A stretch of DNA of 58,915 nucleotides, the filler included. It is 6 parts of 6 records of this genome, joined end to end, with 100 filler letters (N's around TTAATTAATTAA, not from the genome) between each part and the next. Parts side by side here need not be neighbours in the genome. Positions count along the whole stretch, not along the records: positions 40,007 to 45,380 come from SRR31147125_20034; positions 45,481 to 51,890 come from SRR31147125_20055; positions 51,991 to 58,915 come from SRR31147125_20081; 3 more parts are not named here. The stretch is one strand, 5' to 3'. The notes under the pieces were generated by a model. It did not search any database and was not told where the DNA came from. It was given only the letters and a program-made list of their open reading frames with translations. The position numbers and the translations under genes are program-made. This document shows positions 43,378 through 54,202 of the stretch, in pieces; position 1 is the stretch's first letter, and each line of letters starts with the position of its first letter.

Positions 43378-43479
43378 AATTTTGAATAGTTTACGGTTAG
43401 TACTTATCTTCTTGCGGAAGACTTAATTGTAAATATTTATGAGCCAAATGAATATTGGTACTATTCATTTGGCTTTTTT
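43377..43479 (+). ncRNA. Putative cis-antisense sRNA to susC (promoter to terminator)
   Basis: Bacteroidota -7 element TAATTTTG (43377-43384) overlaps the susC start on the opposite strand. A + strand terminator follows: AGCCAAATGAATA/TATTCATTTGGCT-TTTTT (43442-43479). Confidence 0.55.
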
Positions 43480-43481
43480 AG

Positions 43482-44458
43482 TTAATCCATCTTTTTAGCC
43501 TTTAGATATATTACACTTGGTTTATTATTTCTAGTCTTAATTATATAATTAAAATTTGATGTATATTTCAAAACATCAAGTATTTGATCGATGGGTTTAT
43601 TTTTTAGGATTGTACCTGTAAATTCGATATCCTTCATTTCTTCATTCTCGAAAACAACAACCACATTATACCATACTTCAAGCCTGGTTGCAATATTACC
43701 CAGTGTTTCATCTTCAAAAAGCAAATATCCGTTCTTCCAGGATCTATAGAAATCAACATTAACATTTGTTATATTAATTTTTTTCCGCACTAAATCAAAT
43801 CTTGCATTTTCATTAGGTGATAATTCAGTTAAAAAATTCCCTGATCGATTTTTAAATTAACCTTCCCTTCTACCAGTGTTACATTAATGTTATCGGATTG
43901 CTTATAAGCCTCAACATTAAAACTTGTCCCTAACACCTCAACTGTAAGATTAGAAGTAATTACCTGAAATTTCTTTTTTGGATTATGCGTTACTTCAAAG
44001 AAAGCTTCACCTTCAAGTTCAATATCCCTGGTTTTCTTAAGAAAAGATGTTGGATAAATTATCTTTGATCCTGAATTTAACCACACACGTGACTTATCTG
44101 GCAAAATTACCTCTGCACTTTCACCGGCAGGAACATTTACCTCATTATAAGAAAGTTCTGGTTTAAATAAGTAATAAATTGAACTTCCACCAATAAGAAA
44201 TGCCAGGATCAATATTGATGCATACTTTAAAAATTTATAAGGTCTGAATTTGAGGTGTCGTATTCTATCAGTTTTAGTTTTCTCCGTATCGAGATATGTA
44301 TCGTAATTAGCAAATCCTGTTATTGCCCATAAGTTTTTTAATGTATTGAATTCCTTACGATTTTCCGGCGATGCCTCCAACCAGTTTAACATCTCTTCAA
44401 TTTCTTTTTTATCAGAAAGTTGATTCAACGCATATTGATGTAGCTTTTCTTTATTCAT
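43482..44458 (-). CDS. FecR family anti-sigma factor (frameshift near 43831-43853)
   Basis: Motifs LPD.S.VWLN.GS, L.GEAFFEV, VLGTSFNV and LVEGKV; C-terminal SWK.G.L.F....L..I...LE.WYNV. Confidence 0.9.
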
Positions 44459-44594
44459 TAAATAGCTTTTGATAGTAAGTACGGTGAATGTAAAAATACC
44501 CTATCTATTTTTTAGAAAAAAAATAAAACCTGTACTTCGTAATTTTCTTTTGTATATAATATTGCCTGAAAAAATAAAAAAAATCAGGATTGCT

Positions 44595-45175
44595 TTAAAC
44601 CAGGTAAAGAATGAAAGGGAGATAATGCTTTAGTTCTTTTCTTAAAATTTTGAGGGTTTTGGTAATGTTTGCTTCCACTGTTTTAATGGAAATATTGAGA
44701 TCGAACGCTATCTCCTTGTTTTTTTATCCTCAAAGCGGCTCATCTCAAAAATTTTCCTGGCTTGAGGAGTGAGTTTATTGAGCGTTTCCGTTAATATATT
44801 ATTTATCTCATCAAAAATTATGGGGGAGGTTTCTAATTCCATTAAGGCACCTGAAGCAATTTCAATTTGTCTCTTTGCCAAATTATCTGCATGTTTTTGC
44901 CGAACTTGCAAATAATCTATCTTTTTTAAGCAATGATTCTTTGTTAATGTAAAAAGCCAGGATGAAAGATTGTTTACCCTGGAAAGTTTTTTATGTTGTT
45001 CCCAAAGGTTAGAGAATACATCTTGTACAATGTCTTTTGCTAACTCTTTATCGTTAAGATAATGAAGTGAAAAATGATACAAACGATCGTGATAAATATT
45101 CACAACCTGCCCAAATGCAATGGAATTGCCTTCAGATAATTTTTCAATTATTTCTTTTTCGTTTAGTTCGAGCAA
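44595..45175 (-). CDS. ECF RNA polymerase sigma-70 factor (frameshift at T7 44719-44725)
   Basis: A.DIVQDVF..LW region 2. One extra base restores region 4 KNKEIA.DLNISIKTVEA, ending at TAA 44595. Confidence 0.9.
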
Positions 45176-45380
45176 CGTTTTAGTCTTAAAAATCCATCAA
45201 ACATAAAAAGTTTTTTTGAATTAATAAGTTAACCGTAATAAAATATTGTGACATTTTTTTCAGGGACAATACCTTTAAATTTCAATATTATTAAAGCATC
45301 AATCTTCCAAAAACATACCCAAATAAGCCAAAAGTTGCTCCACAGAGCGCTGATAATAAAGTCCCAGGTTATGTTTTGTA

Positions 45381-45480
45381 NNNNNNNNNNNNNNNNNNNN
45401 NNNNNNNNNNNNNNNNNNNNNNNNTTAATTAATTAANNNNNNNNNNNNNNNNNNNNNNNNNNNNNNNNNNNNNNNNNNNN
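45381..45480. other. Artificial contig linker
   Basis: N44-TTAATTAATTAA-N44. Confidence 0.98.
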
Positions 45481-45485
45481 TTTTT

Positions 45486-46610
45486 TTAAATGATATTTAA
45501 CGCTTTTGCCATCTTTATATAGTATTTAACACCATTTTCTAATATGTTTTCATCAAAGTTAAATAAATTACTATGTAGTGGATTAATAAATCCTTTTTCT
45601 TCATTTTTAGACCCTACAAACGCAAACATACCTGGAACTTCTTGAAGATAAAAAGCAAAATCTTCTGCGATCATGAGTGGTTCAACCACTTCATATTCAG
45701 ATGGCTCATATTGTTGAAGTGCTAAGTCAAATAGAGCACGATCATTAATTACAGCTGGATAATAATCAACAATATGACAATCAATATCAACTTGAAATGT
45801 TTGACTTAAGCCTTGTGATATGTCATACATACGATATTTAACAAGTTTATAGACATCTTCATCATAGACTCTAAGTGTTCCTGTTAGTTTAACTTGTCCT
45901 GCAATTATATTTCTAGCTTCACCACCAGAAATTGTACCAATCGTAATTACAACAGGTTTCAAAGGATTAATATTTCTGCTGACAATGGATTGAAAAGCTT
46001 GTACGAGATGACTTTGTACAATAATTGCATCATGACCTAAATGTGGTTGCGCACCATGTGCTGATTTAGCAGTAATCGTTATGTCAAATTCACCATTTTG
46101 AGCTGTCATTGGTCCATTTGCAAAACCCATTTTTCCTTCATCAATGCCTGGAAACATGTGCAATCCAAGGATTTGCTTAACATGGTATTTTTTTAAAACC
46201 CCTGATTCTACAATAATTTTAGCCCCACCTGGACCTTCTTCTGCAGGCTGAAAAATAAAGACGACTGATTGTTTTAAATCTGATTGACTAGACATATATT
46301 TAGCAAACCCTAAAAGCATAGCCATATGACCATCATGACCACATGCATGCATACGACCATCATGCTTCGATTTAAATGGTATATCGCATTTTTCTGTGAC
46401 AGGGAGTGCATCCATATCAGAACGAAATGCAACTGCATCTTTTATGCGCCCTTTTTTCACTGCAACCAGTCCCGTTTTAGCCACTGTTTCCGTTTCATAA
46501 CCAAATGATTCAAGTTCTTTTTTCACATAAGCATGAGTAAGAAATAGATCAAATTCTAATTCAGGTATTTGATGAAGTTCTCTTCTATATTTTTTTAATG
46601 TTTTTTGCAT
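45486..46610 (-). CDS. M20D amidohydrolase, probable N-acetyl-diaminopimelate deacetylase (YkuR-like)
   Basis: Motifs RRELHQIPEL, RSDMDALP, MHACGHDGH and FQPAEEG; lies directly after dapH. Confidence 0.82.
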   Translation of the reverse strand: MQKTLKKYRRELHQIPELEFDLFLTHAYVKKELESFGYETETVAKTGLVAVKKGRIKDAVAFRSDMDALPVTEKCDIPFKSKHDGRMHACGHDGHMAMLLGFAKYMSSQSDLKQSVVFIFQPAEEGPGGAKIIVESGVLKKYHVKQILGLHMFPGIDEGKMGFANGPMTAQNGEFDITITAKSAHGAQPHLGHDAIIVQSHLVQAFQSIVSRNINPLKPVVITIGTISGGEARNIIAGQVKLTGTLRVYDEDVYKLVKYRMYDISQGLSQTFQVDIDCHIVDYYPAVINDRALFDLALQQYEPSEYEVVEPLMIAEDFAFYLQEVPGMFAFVGSKNEEKGFINPLHSNLFNFDENILENGVKYYIKMAKALNII

Positions 46611-46624
46611 AAGTTTTTCCTTAT

Positions 46625-47329
46625 TTATCTTAAGTCGTCTAAAATCTGTGTTTTCTCTGATGTTTTTTCATCTTTTTGTTTAATCACTCTAGCAGGTGAT
46701 CCTGCGACAACTACACCTGATGGGACATCTTTAGTTACCACTGCACCAGCAGCCACTACAGCATTAGCACCAACTCTAACGCCTTCTAGAATTACAGCAT
46801 TAGCGCCAACAACAACACCATCTTCAATAATCACTGGTGTTTTTGAAGGTGGTTCTAATACACCTGCTACCACAGCACCTGCGCCAATATGACAGTTTTT
46901 ACCAATGGTTGCTCTTGCGCCTAAAACAGCATTCATATCAATCATTGTTTTTTCACCAACCACAGAACCAATATTGATGACTGCACCCATCATAATAACT
47001 GCTTGTTTACCAATGGTTACATGTGTTCTAATAATAGCACCAGGTTCAATTCTAGCATCAATGTCCTTCGTATCAAGCAATGGTAATGCTGAATTTCTAC
47101 GATCAGTTTCTAGATGCGATGATGTAATAACATCTTTATATTTTTTCACAATTTGTTCTAACTGCCCTACTTCACCAAGCAATAATTTGAAATGGCTATC
47201 TCCAAAAGCAGTGACGTTTTCAAATGCTATACCGACAAAGTCACCTTGTAAATATAATTTACCAGGTGTTTTTTTAGTAACTTCTTTAATATACTTAGCA
47301 ATTGCATAAACATCTTGTAATTGTTCCAT
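46625..47329 (-). CDS. dapH: Tetrahydrodipicolinate N-acetyltransferase
   Basis: Motifs [21 protein letters not shown] and GVLEPPS, with hexapeptide repeats. Confidence 0.92.
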   Translation of the reverse strand: MEQLQDVYAIAKYIKEVTKKTPGKLYLQGDFVGIAFENVTAFGDSHFKLLLGEVGQLEQIVKKYKDVITSSHLETDRRNSALPLLDTKDIDARIEPGAIIRTHVTIGKQAVIMMGAVINIGSVVGEKTMIDMNAVLGARATIGKNCHIGAGAVVAGVLEPPSKTPVIIEDGVVVGANAVILEGVRVGANAVVAAGAVVTKDVPSGVVVAGSPARVIKQKDEKTSEKTQILDDLR

Positions 47330-47338
47330 GTTATTCTC

Positions 47339-48036
47339 CTATACTAAATCTTTCATTTGATATAATCCAGATGTTTTATTTTTTAAAAATAATGCAGCTT
47401 TAATAGCGCCTTGAGAGAAGATTTGTTTCGATAATGCTTCATGTTTTATCGTTATCATTTCATCTTTAGCTGCAAGCAATATCTCATGTTCTCCAACAAT
47501 TGTACCAGCACGTAGTGCATGTATACCAATATCTTGCTTATTCCTTTTTTGTTCATAATGACTAATCACTTCTGTATTCGGTCTTACTTTTTTGATATCT
47601 TCAACTATCATTTTTGCAGTTCCACTTGGGGCATCTACTTTATATTGATGATGTTTTTCAATAATTTCTATATCATAGTCTTCAACAATAGGTAATACTG
47701 CACGAAGTGCTTTTAGTAGCACTTGAATACCAAATGAATAATTATTGCTTTGGAAAATGGCAATTTTATTTGATTGTGTTTTGATATATGCTTCATCTTC
47801 TTCTGATAATCCCGTTGTTGCAGTCACTAAGGGTTTTTCTTTTCTACACAAAAATCAACGACTTTTCGTATTTGGCTGACATGTGAAAAATCAATAAGCA
47901 CATCAAAATCTTCTAAATCTTCGTATGTGTCAACCATATCAAATCCACCAACAAATTTTGTTTGTTCATGATCAATGACGTCTTGTTTTAAAAGTTTTCC
48001 CATTTTACCTGAAATACCACTAATTAATATGTCCAT
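47339..48036 (-). CDS. dapB: 4-hydroxy-tetrahydrodipicolinate reductase (frameshift at T5 47834-47838)
   Basis: Motifs G.SGKMG, IDFS, ATTG and IEKHH.YKVDAPSGTA. Confidence 0.92.
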
Positions 48037-48898
48037 ACTTGCCCTCCTTCAATCCATAAGATTTTAATACATCAATTAATGCATCATAGTTTTTACTTTC
48101 TAAATCTACCAGTGGAAGACGTGTTCTTCCAACTTGGAAACCTATGTAGTTTAGCGCAGCTTTCACTGGTACTGGATTTGATTCTATAAACATACTTTCA
48201 TGTAATAATGTATAAGGTGAATTATCTGCTTTATGAGATGCGATATCATGCATAAGCTTTGGGTAAATATTTGCAGTAACTGATATCACGCCTTTACCAC
48301 CCATTCTTAATATATCTTGTGTTTGGTCATCATTTCCTGAGTATATATCGAAATCTAGTGGACATTTTTTTGCAATTTCTTCAACTTGTCTAAGATTACC
48401 ACTTGCTTCTTTAATACCTATAATGTTTTTGATTTTTGATAATTTAATGACAGTATCAACTTCAATGTTGCTTGCTGTTCTTCCTGGAACATTATATAAA
48501 ATAATTGGTATATCTACTTGATCTGCTATGGCTTCGTAGTGCGCATATATACCTTTTTGTGTCGGTTTATTATAGTAAGGAGACACGACAAGTAATCCAT
48601 CAACACCTACGGATGCTGCATAGATTGATAAATCTATAGATGCTTGTGTATCATTTGATCCTGTACCAGCAATAATAGGGATACGATGATTTGCTACATC
48701 AACAGCAAATTTAATGATTTTCTTTTTTTCTTCAAGTGTTAACGTTGCAGATTCAGCAGTTGTACCACAAATAATTAATGCATCTGTCTGTTGTTCAATA
48801 TGCCAGTTGATAAGTTTTTCAAGCATCTTATAATTTACATTTAATGATTGATCAAATGGTGTAATCAATGCAACACCTGATCCAGTAAATAGACTCAT
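48020..48898 (-). CDS. dapA: 4-hydroxy-tetrahydrodipicolinate synthase
   Basis: Motifs ALITPF, GTTAE, PYYNKP, LYNVPGRT and GIKEASG. Confidence 0.95.
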   Translation of the reverse strand: MSLFTGSGVALITPFDQSLNVNYKMLEKLINWHIEQQTDALIICGTTAESATLTLEEKKKIIKFAVDVANHRIPIIAGTGSNDTQASIDLSIYAASVGVDGLLVVSPYYNKPTQKGIYAHYEAIADQVDIPIILYNVPGRTASNIEVDTVIKLSKIKNIIGIKEASGNLRQVEEIAKKCPLDFDIYSGNDDQTQDILRMGGKGVISVTANIYPKLMHDIASHKADNSPYTLLHESMFIESNPVPVKAALNYIGFQVGRTRLPLVDLESKNYDALIDVLKSYGLKEGKYGHIN

Positions 48899-49878
48899 CT
48901 TAATCCCTCCTTAATCATGTATTCTGCAATTTGTATTGTATTAGTTGCAGCACCTTTTCTTATATTATCTGCAACAACCCAAAGATTTATACCGTGTACA
49001 ACAGATTGATCCATTCTTAGTCTGCCTACAAACACTTCATCTTTACCTTGCGCATCTAATACAGTAGGATAACTTTCCATTTGATAAACAATATCTTTTG
49101 AAGCTATAAATCTTTCTTCTAGTAACTTAATATCTATGGGTTGATGTGTTTCTATGTTTATAGAAACACTATGACCAAATGTAACAGGTACTCTTACACA
49201 AGTTGCTGTTACCAAAACGTCTTTATTCAATATTTTTTTTGTCTCTTCTATCATTTTCACTTCTTCTTTTGTATAACCATTATCTAACATTACATCAATG
49301 TGTGGCAATACATTATTATAGATGTCAACGGGATATGTATTAGGTGCTATACCCTGTTTCCCGTTTTCTAAATCTTCTAAACCTTTAAAGCCTGAACCAG
49401 ATACAGCTTGGTATGTTTGATATACAATACGTTTAATATCAAATAAATCATCAATAATTTTTATAGGTACAACACTTTGAATGGTTGAACAATTTGGATT
49501 TGCAATTAAATAATCATTTTCTTTAATAGCATATCCATTAACTTCCGGTACAACCAAAGGGATATTTATGTCCTGTCTAAAAGCACTTGAGTTATCAATG
49601 ACTGTGATATGTTTACTTGCTGCAATAGGCGCATAGATTTTACTTGCTTCACTCCCCGCTGAAAAAAGTGCGAAATCAAAATGTTCATCAAAACTATGTT
49701 TGTCTAATACGTTAACTGCATATGTTTCATTATTAAAAATGATTTGCTTTCCTGCTGATCTTTTTGATGCAAAAAATACGATTTTTCCTAAAGGAAATTT
49801 TCGTGATTGTAGTACTTCTATAAAAGTTTTTCCGACTAATCCAGTTGCACCTACAATTGCAATATCATATGTTTTCAT
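48895..49878 (-). CDS. asd: Aspartate-semialdehyde dehydrogenase
   Basis: Motifs GATGLVG, ANPNCSTIQ, TCVRVPV and DNIRKGAATN. Confidence 0.95.
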   Translation of the reverse strand: MKTYDIAIVGATGLVGKTFIEVLQSRKFPLGKIVFFASKRSAGKQIIFNNETYAVNVLDKHSFDEHFDFALFSAGSEASKIYAPIAASKHITVIDNSSAFRQDINIPLVVPEVNGYAIKENDYLIANPNCSTIQSVVPIKIIDDLFDIKRIVYQTYQAVSGSGFKGLEDLENGKQGIAPNTYPVDIYNNVLPHIDVMLDNGYTKEEVKMIEETKKILNKDVLVTATCVRVPVTFGHSVSINIETHQPIDIKLLEERFIASKDIVYQMESYPTVLDAQGKDEVFVGRLRMDQSVVHGINLWVVADNIRKGAATNTIQIAEYMIKEGLR

Positions 49879-49880
49879 TT

Positions 49881-50684
49881 TTATACCTCAAAAAAATTAA
49901 TTTCAGCAATTTTTCTTGCTGGACCTTTTAAATATACTTCGTTATCAATGACTTTAATCAATAATTTCCCACCTGCGACATCGACTTGTGCTGATGCGTT
50001 TGTTAATCCGAGTTTATAAGCCACATATTGGGATGCAGAACTTCCTGTACCACAGGATAGTGTCCAACCTACACCTCTTTCATATGTTTTGACTAAAATG
50101 TGGTTTTTGTTTTCAACTTTGACAAAATTAATATTTGATCGTTTGGGAAAATATGAATGATGGCATAGTTTATCTGCTATATCATCATACTGGTTTAAAT
50201 CATCTGTAAAAACAATTGTGTGTAATGTACCTTGATTCACAATATAAGTTTCTATATCTTGGTCTTTAACTTTTAATAAAGTAGTTTCAAGTTTATGTTG
50301 ATGACCTTCGATATCAGGTTTTAATAAATGTGTTTGTGTTTGACCTAAATTGACTTCAAATAGATCATCCATTTTTTCGACAATCATAACACCTGCTAAA
50401 GTCTCAATTTCTAATCGTACTTTTGTATACAAACCTTCATCATATAAAAATTTAGAAAATGCGCGAATACCATTACCACACATTGGAGCAATCGTTCCAT
50501 CTGCATTATAATAATTCATTTTTATATCAGCAATCTTTGAAGGACTTGGAAACATCAATCCATCAGCACCTATACCGAAATGTCTATCACATGTCTTTTT
50601 TGCAAATATACTTGGATTTGTTGGTGCTTGTCGTGTGATGATAAAATCATTTCCCGTTGCTTCATATTTACATATATTATGCAT
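49881..50684 (-). CDS. dapF: Diaminopimelate epimerase
   Basis: Motifs GNDF, DRHFGIGADG, MCGNG.R and ERGVG.TLSCGTG. The ATG at 50684 overlaps the lysC end. Confidence 0.94.
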   Translation of the reverse strand: MHNICKYEATGNDFIITRQAPTNPSIFAKKTCDRHFGIGADGLMFPSPSKIADIKMNYYNADGTIAPMCGNGIRAFSKFLYDEGLYTKVRLEIETLAGVMIVEKMDDLFEVNLGQTQTHLLKPDIEGHQHKLETTLLKVKDQDIETYIVNQGTLHTIVFTDDLNQYDDIADKLCHHSYFPKRSNINFVKVENKNHILVKTYERGVGWTLSCGTGSSASQYVAYKLGLTNASAQVDVAGGKLLIKVIDNEVYLKGPARKIAEINFFEV

Positions 50685-51890
50685 CGATATCACCTAATCC
50701 AAATGTATCAGCAACTATTTTTACTGCTTTATCTTTGTCATCTTTTGCAATTATATATGAAATGCTTATTTCTGATGTTGTGACAAGTTTAAATTCAATA
50801 TGATGATCTGCAAGTAGTTTATAAAGTCTTGCTGCAACACCCTGTTGATGTCTCATAGCTTGCCCAACAACAGACAACTTAATTACTTCATTATCAATTT
50901 CAACTTCAATATTTTTATATAGGTTTGTAAATTTTTCTAAGACTTCATCAATATCATCCATATCATCTGCCCCAGCGGTAAATGATACATTGATATGTTT
51001 CTCATCTGCAGGTGACTGCGAAATCATATCGATATTGACGCCATTATCTGCAAGTTGCAAAAATAAATCTGCGACAATATTTAATTGATTAGGTACACTT
51101 CGTAGTATCACCATAATCACTTTTTCACTTGCTGATAAGCCTGTTAATGCTTGTGTTTCCATTTGATAATCCTCCATGATATATGTGCCAATTTCTTCAG
51201 TTTTTGATGAAGCGACATATATCTTCACACCGTATCGGTGAGCAATTTCTATAGATCTGGGTTCCATCACTTTTGCGCCATGGAAAGCCATTTCCTTCAT
51301 TTCTTCATAACTAATTGATGTAAGTTTCTTTGCATTGAGATAAAGACGAGGATCGACGGTATAGATACCATCTACATCTGTATATATTTCGCAATCACAT
51401 CCTAATTTAGCTGCAATGGCAACTGCTGATGTATCTGATCCACCGCGCCCAAGTGTTGTAATATCGCCATCATCATTAATCCCTTGAAATCCTGCTACGA
51501 CAACAATTTTATTATCATCTAAATGCTTTCTAATTGATGTAACATCGATTTCACTGATCTTATTTTTTAAATGTTCACCAAATGTTTTAACACCCGCTTG
51601 AAATCCAGTAAGAGAAATCGCATCTTCTAATTGCGCTTTTATGATCATTGTGAACAACGAAATCGATATTTGTTCACCGGTTGCAACCAACATATCAGTT
51701 TCTCTTTTTGACGGATATTTTGTCACTTGTTTCGCAAGGTCTAACAACTGATTCGTCGTACTTCCCATCGCAGATAGTACAACCACCACACGATAGCCTT
51801 GATGCTTTTTGTTAATGACTCTCTTTGCGACATGTTGCATATGTTCAATTGATTGTACTGAAGTTCCACCGAACTTCATCACTATATTTT
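50677..51890 (-). CDS. lysC: Aspartate kinase (start at or just beyond the contig edge)
   Basis: Motifs KFGGTSV, TLGRGGSD and TDVDGIYTVDPR, with two ACT domains. Confidence 0.93.
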
Positions 51891-51990
51891 NNNNNNNNNN
51901 NNNNNNNNNNNNNNNNNNNNNNNNNNNNNNNNNNTTAATTAATTAANNNNNNNNNNNNNNNNNNNNNNNNNNNNNNNNNNNNNNNNNNNN
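51891..51990. other. Artificial contig linker
   Basis: N44-TTAATTAATTAA-N44. Confidence 0.98.
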
Positions 51991-52383
51991 AAAAGACCTC
52001 TCTCCCTCAGGGAAAATACCAACAACTCTATTTTGTTTTATCGCAGAAAATATGCCTCTAACTGCAACACTATCCGATGTGTTTTTTCTTATGGGTATGA
52101 ATTCTAGGTAATTAAGTAATGGTCTTAAGACTTTAACCTTCCATACAGTATCATTTATTACAAAGTAAATTAATCTGTTCCAAAAACAATATATAAACAT
52201 AGGATCCATATTATGCGTATGGTTCGCTAAAATAAAATATCCACCCTTTAATTTTAAAGCTTCAGTTTTTTCCATTTTTACATTGTATTTTATTTTAAGA
52301 AACAAGCTAAAAGTAGCTTTAAACAAAACAAACAAAAAACCAGCAACGACAACACGCATCACCTTGATCTTTTTCTTAGACAT
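51991..52383 (-). CDS. Lysophospholipid acyltransferase, PlsC-like (3' truncated)
   Basis: NH...MD (HX4D) and IFPEG.R motifs. Confidence 0.85.
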
Positions 52384-52405
52384 TCCCTTATTCCCTCACA
52401 AAAAA

Positions 52406-53236
52406 CTATTTTATATATATAAACGAAGCCATAGCCCCGCCATCTGCACCTTGTCTTCTGTACGAATAATATTTATCCTCATTACAGCATGTACACTCTT
52501 TTGCAACTGTTACATTGCAAGCTTTAATCCCTTGTTTAAATATGGAATACAGTATTCCTTTTTCTAAATCTCCGTATATCTTATTATCGCGATACTCTAC
52601 ACTAAACTCGCCAAATTCTTTTAAAAACACACGCTCCAAATCTTCTTTTATCTCGAAGCAACAAGACCTAATGCAAGGACCTATACCCATTAAAATATTT
52701 TCTTTTTCACATCCTAGCTCATTTATCATAACATCTAACGCATTTTTCACTATACCAGAAACAACACCACGCCATCCAGCATGGCAAACACATACAGCCA
52801 TATTAGTATTATCATAAAAGAAAATAGGTGCACAATCAGCGTGCATGGTACAAAGAGGTAATCTCTTTGTTTTAGTTGCTATACCATCACAAACAGGCAA
52901 ATCGGTATTATTATATACACCTTTACCTCGTTCAGATTCGTTTGCAACAATCACATTCGGAGTATGTCCATAGTTATCAAGCACAATATCATTTTCATCA
53001 AACCCCAAGGTTTTAGATATAATCCTAAAGTTCTCTAAAATGTTTTTTTGGTTTTTTTCTCTACCAAAGCTAAAATTCAAAGATGAAAAACCATCCTTGC
53101 TGACTCCAGTATGTCTAGTGGTGAATCCGTGAATTATTTTTTTATCAAAAGATGGGATTGTTAAATACTCAACCCCATCCACTATTTTATGCAAAAATCC
53201 AACGTTTATATTTTCTAAAAAATCTTTGAACATCAT
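52406..53236 (-). CDS. pgeF: PgeF/YfiH/YlmD family purine nucleoside phosphorylase
   Basis: Motifs HGFTTR, ADCAP, HAGWRG, GPCI..CCFE and CT.C....YSYRR. Confidence 0.92.
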   Translation of the reverse strand: MMFKDFLENINVGFLHKIVDGVEYLTIPSFDKKIIHGFTTRHTGVSKDGFSSLNFSFGREKNQKNILENFRIISKTLGFDENDIVLDNYGHTPNVIVANESERGKGVYNNTDLPVCDGIATKTKRLPLCTMHADCAPIFFYDNTNMAVCVCHAGWRGVVSGIVKNALDVMINELGCEKENILMGIGPCIRSCCFEIKEDLERVFLKEFGEFSVEYRDNKIYGDLEKGILYSIFKQGIKACNVTVAKECTCCNEDKYYSYRRQGADGGAMASFIYIK

Positions 53237-53694
53237 AGTTTCTTGTCTTCAATAAGCTTTGCAAGCTCATCCATAAAAGTGTTTACGTCTTTAAACTCTC
53301 TGTATACTGATGCAAAACGCACATAAGCAACTTGGTCCATGTTTCTAAGACCCTCCATAACCATCATACCTATGGTTTCTGACGATATTTCTTCTTTTAG
53401 TGTGTTAAAGCAGTTTTTTTCTATAGTGTATGCTAGCTTGTCAATCTCTTTTAAAGAAACTGGTCTTTTTTCACAAGAACGAATAATACCTTTTTTAATC
53501 TTCTCGATATCAAAGCTCTCTCTAGAATCATCTTTTTTAACAACTAATAGAGGTAAGCTATCGATTTTTTCGTATGTAGTAAATCTTTTGCCACATTCTA
53601 GACATTCTCTTCTACGTCTAATAGCAACGCCCTCGTCTGTTGGTCTAGAATCCACAACTTTATTGTCCATGCATCCGCAAAACATACATTTCAT
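53233..53694 (-). CDS. nrdR: Transcriptional repressor NrdR
   Basis: Zn ribbon C..C/RRRREC..CG.RFTTYE, ATP cone and AYVRFASVYR. Confidence 0.97.
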   Translation of the reverse strand: MKCMFCGCMDNKVVDSRPTDEGVAIRRRRECLECGKRFTTYEKIDSLPLLVVKKDDSRESFDIEKIKKGIIRSCEKRPVSLKEIDKLAYTIEKNCFNTLKEEISSETIGMMVMEGLRNMDQVAYVRFASVYREFKDVNTFMDELAKLIEDKKL

Positions 53695-53791
53695 AAAAAC
53701 CAGCTCTCCTTTGTATTTTATACATTATAACATGACTAAGTAAAAATACAAATGATTATTTGTTACAAAAGCATTGATATATAGGCACTTT

Positions 53792-54055
53792 TTAGCATCT
53801 ACACCCTGTCGGACAACAGTTTTCATCCAACTCCACTAAAATAACATCTTCGCCAATTTTACATATGTTTTTCCACGGTATTACATAATCGTTTTCTGAT
53901 TTTATTATAATAAAAAATCTGCATGGACCAGGTACAATTATTGCCGTAATTTTTCCTGTACAAACATCTAAAACCAAATCACAAATGTATCCAAGCCTTT
54001 TACCGTTATATACGTTTACAACTTCTTTTTTTCTCAAATCATTAAATTTCGTCAT
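53792..54055 (-). CDS. ylmC: YlmC/YmxH family PRC-barrel sporulation protein
   Basis: Pattern DLR.KEVVNV..G.RLG...D...IPW..I.KIG.DVILV; ATG at 54055. Confidence 0.88.
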   Translation of the reverse strand: MTKFNDLRKKEVVNVYNGKRLGYICDLVLDVCTGKITAIIVPGPCRFFIIIKSENDYVIPWKNICKIGEDVILVELDENCCPTGCRC

Positions 54056-54114
54056 GTCAATTTTAATCCTTTCAAAATGTAAAAACTTAAGATGCTTTTT
54101 ACATAAAATCTTAC

Positions 54115-54151
54115 AAAATAAAATAATAGGAAGCAATAAACTTCCTATTAT
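54115..54151 (-). terminator. Terminator after thrS
   Basis: ATAATAGGAAG/CTTCCTATTAT stem with a T-rich tail on the minus strand. Confidence 0.65.
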
Positions 54152-54202
54152 ATTATATTCGCTTATATAAGATTTTGTGACTGACGTGCGTTAAATGTAG
54201 AT

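Noticed and set aside
45248-45380. 62-aa ORF running into the linker
   Set aside because: It is low-information sequence in the sigma-factor upstream region, closed only by the artificial stop.
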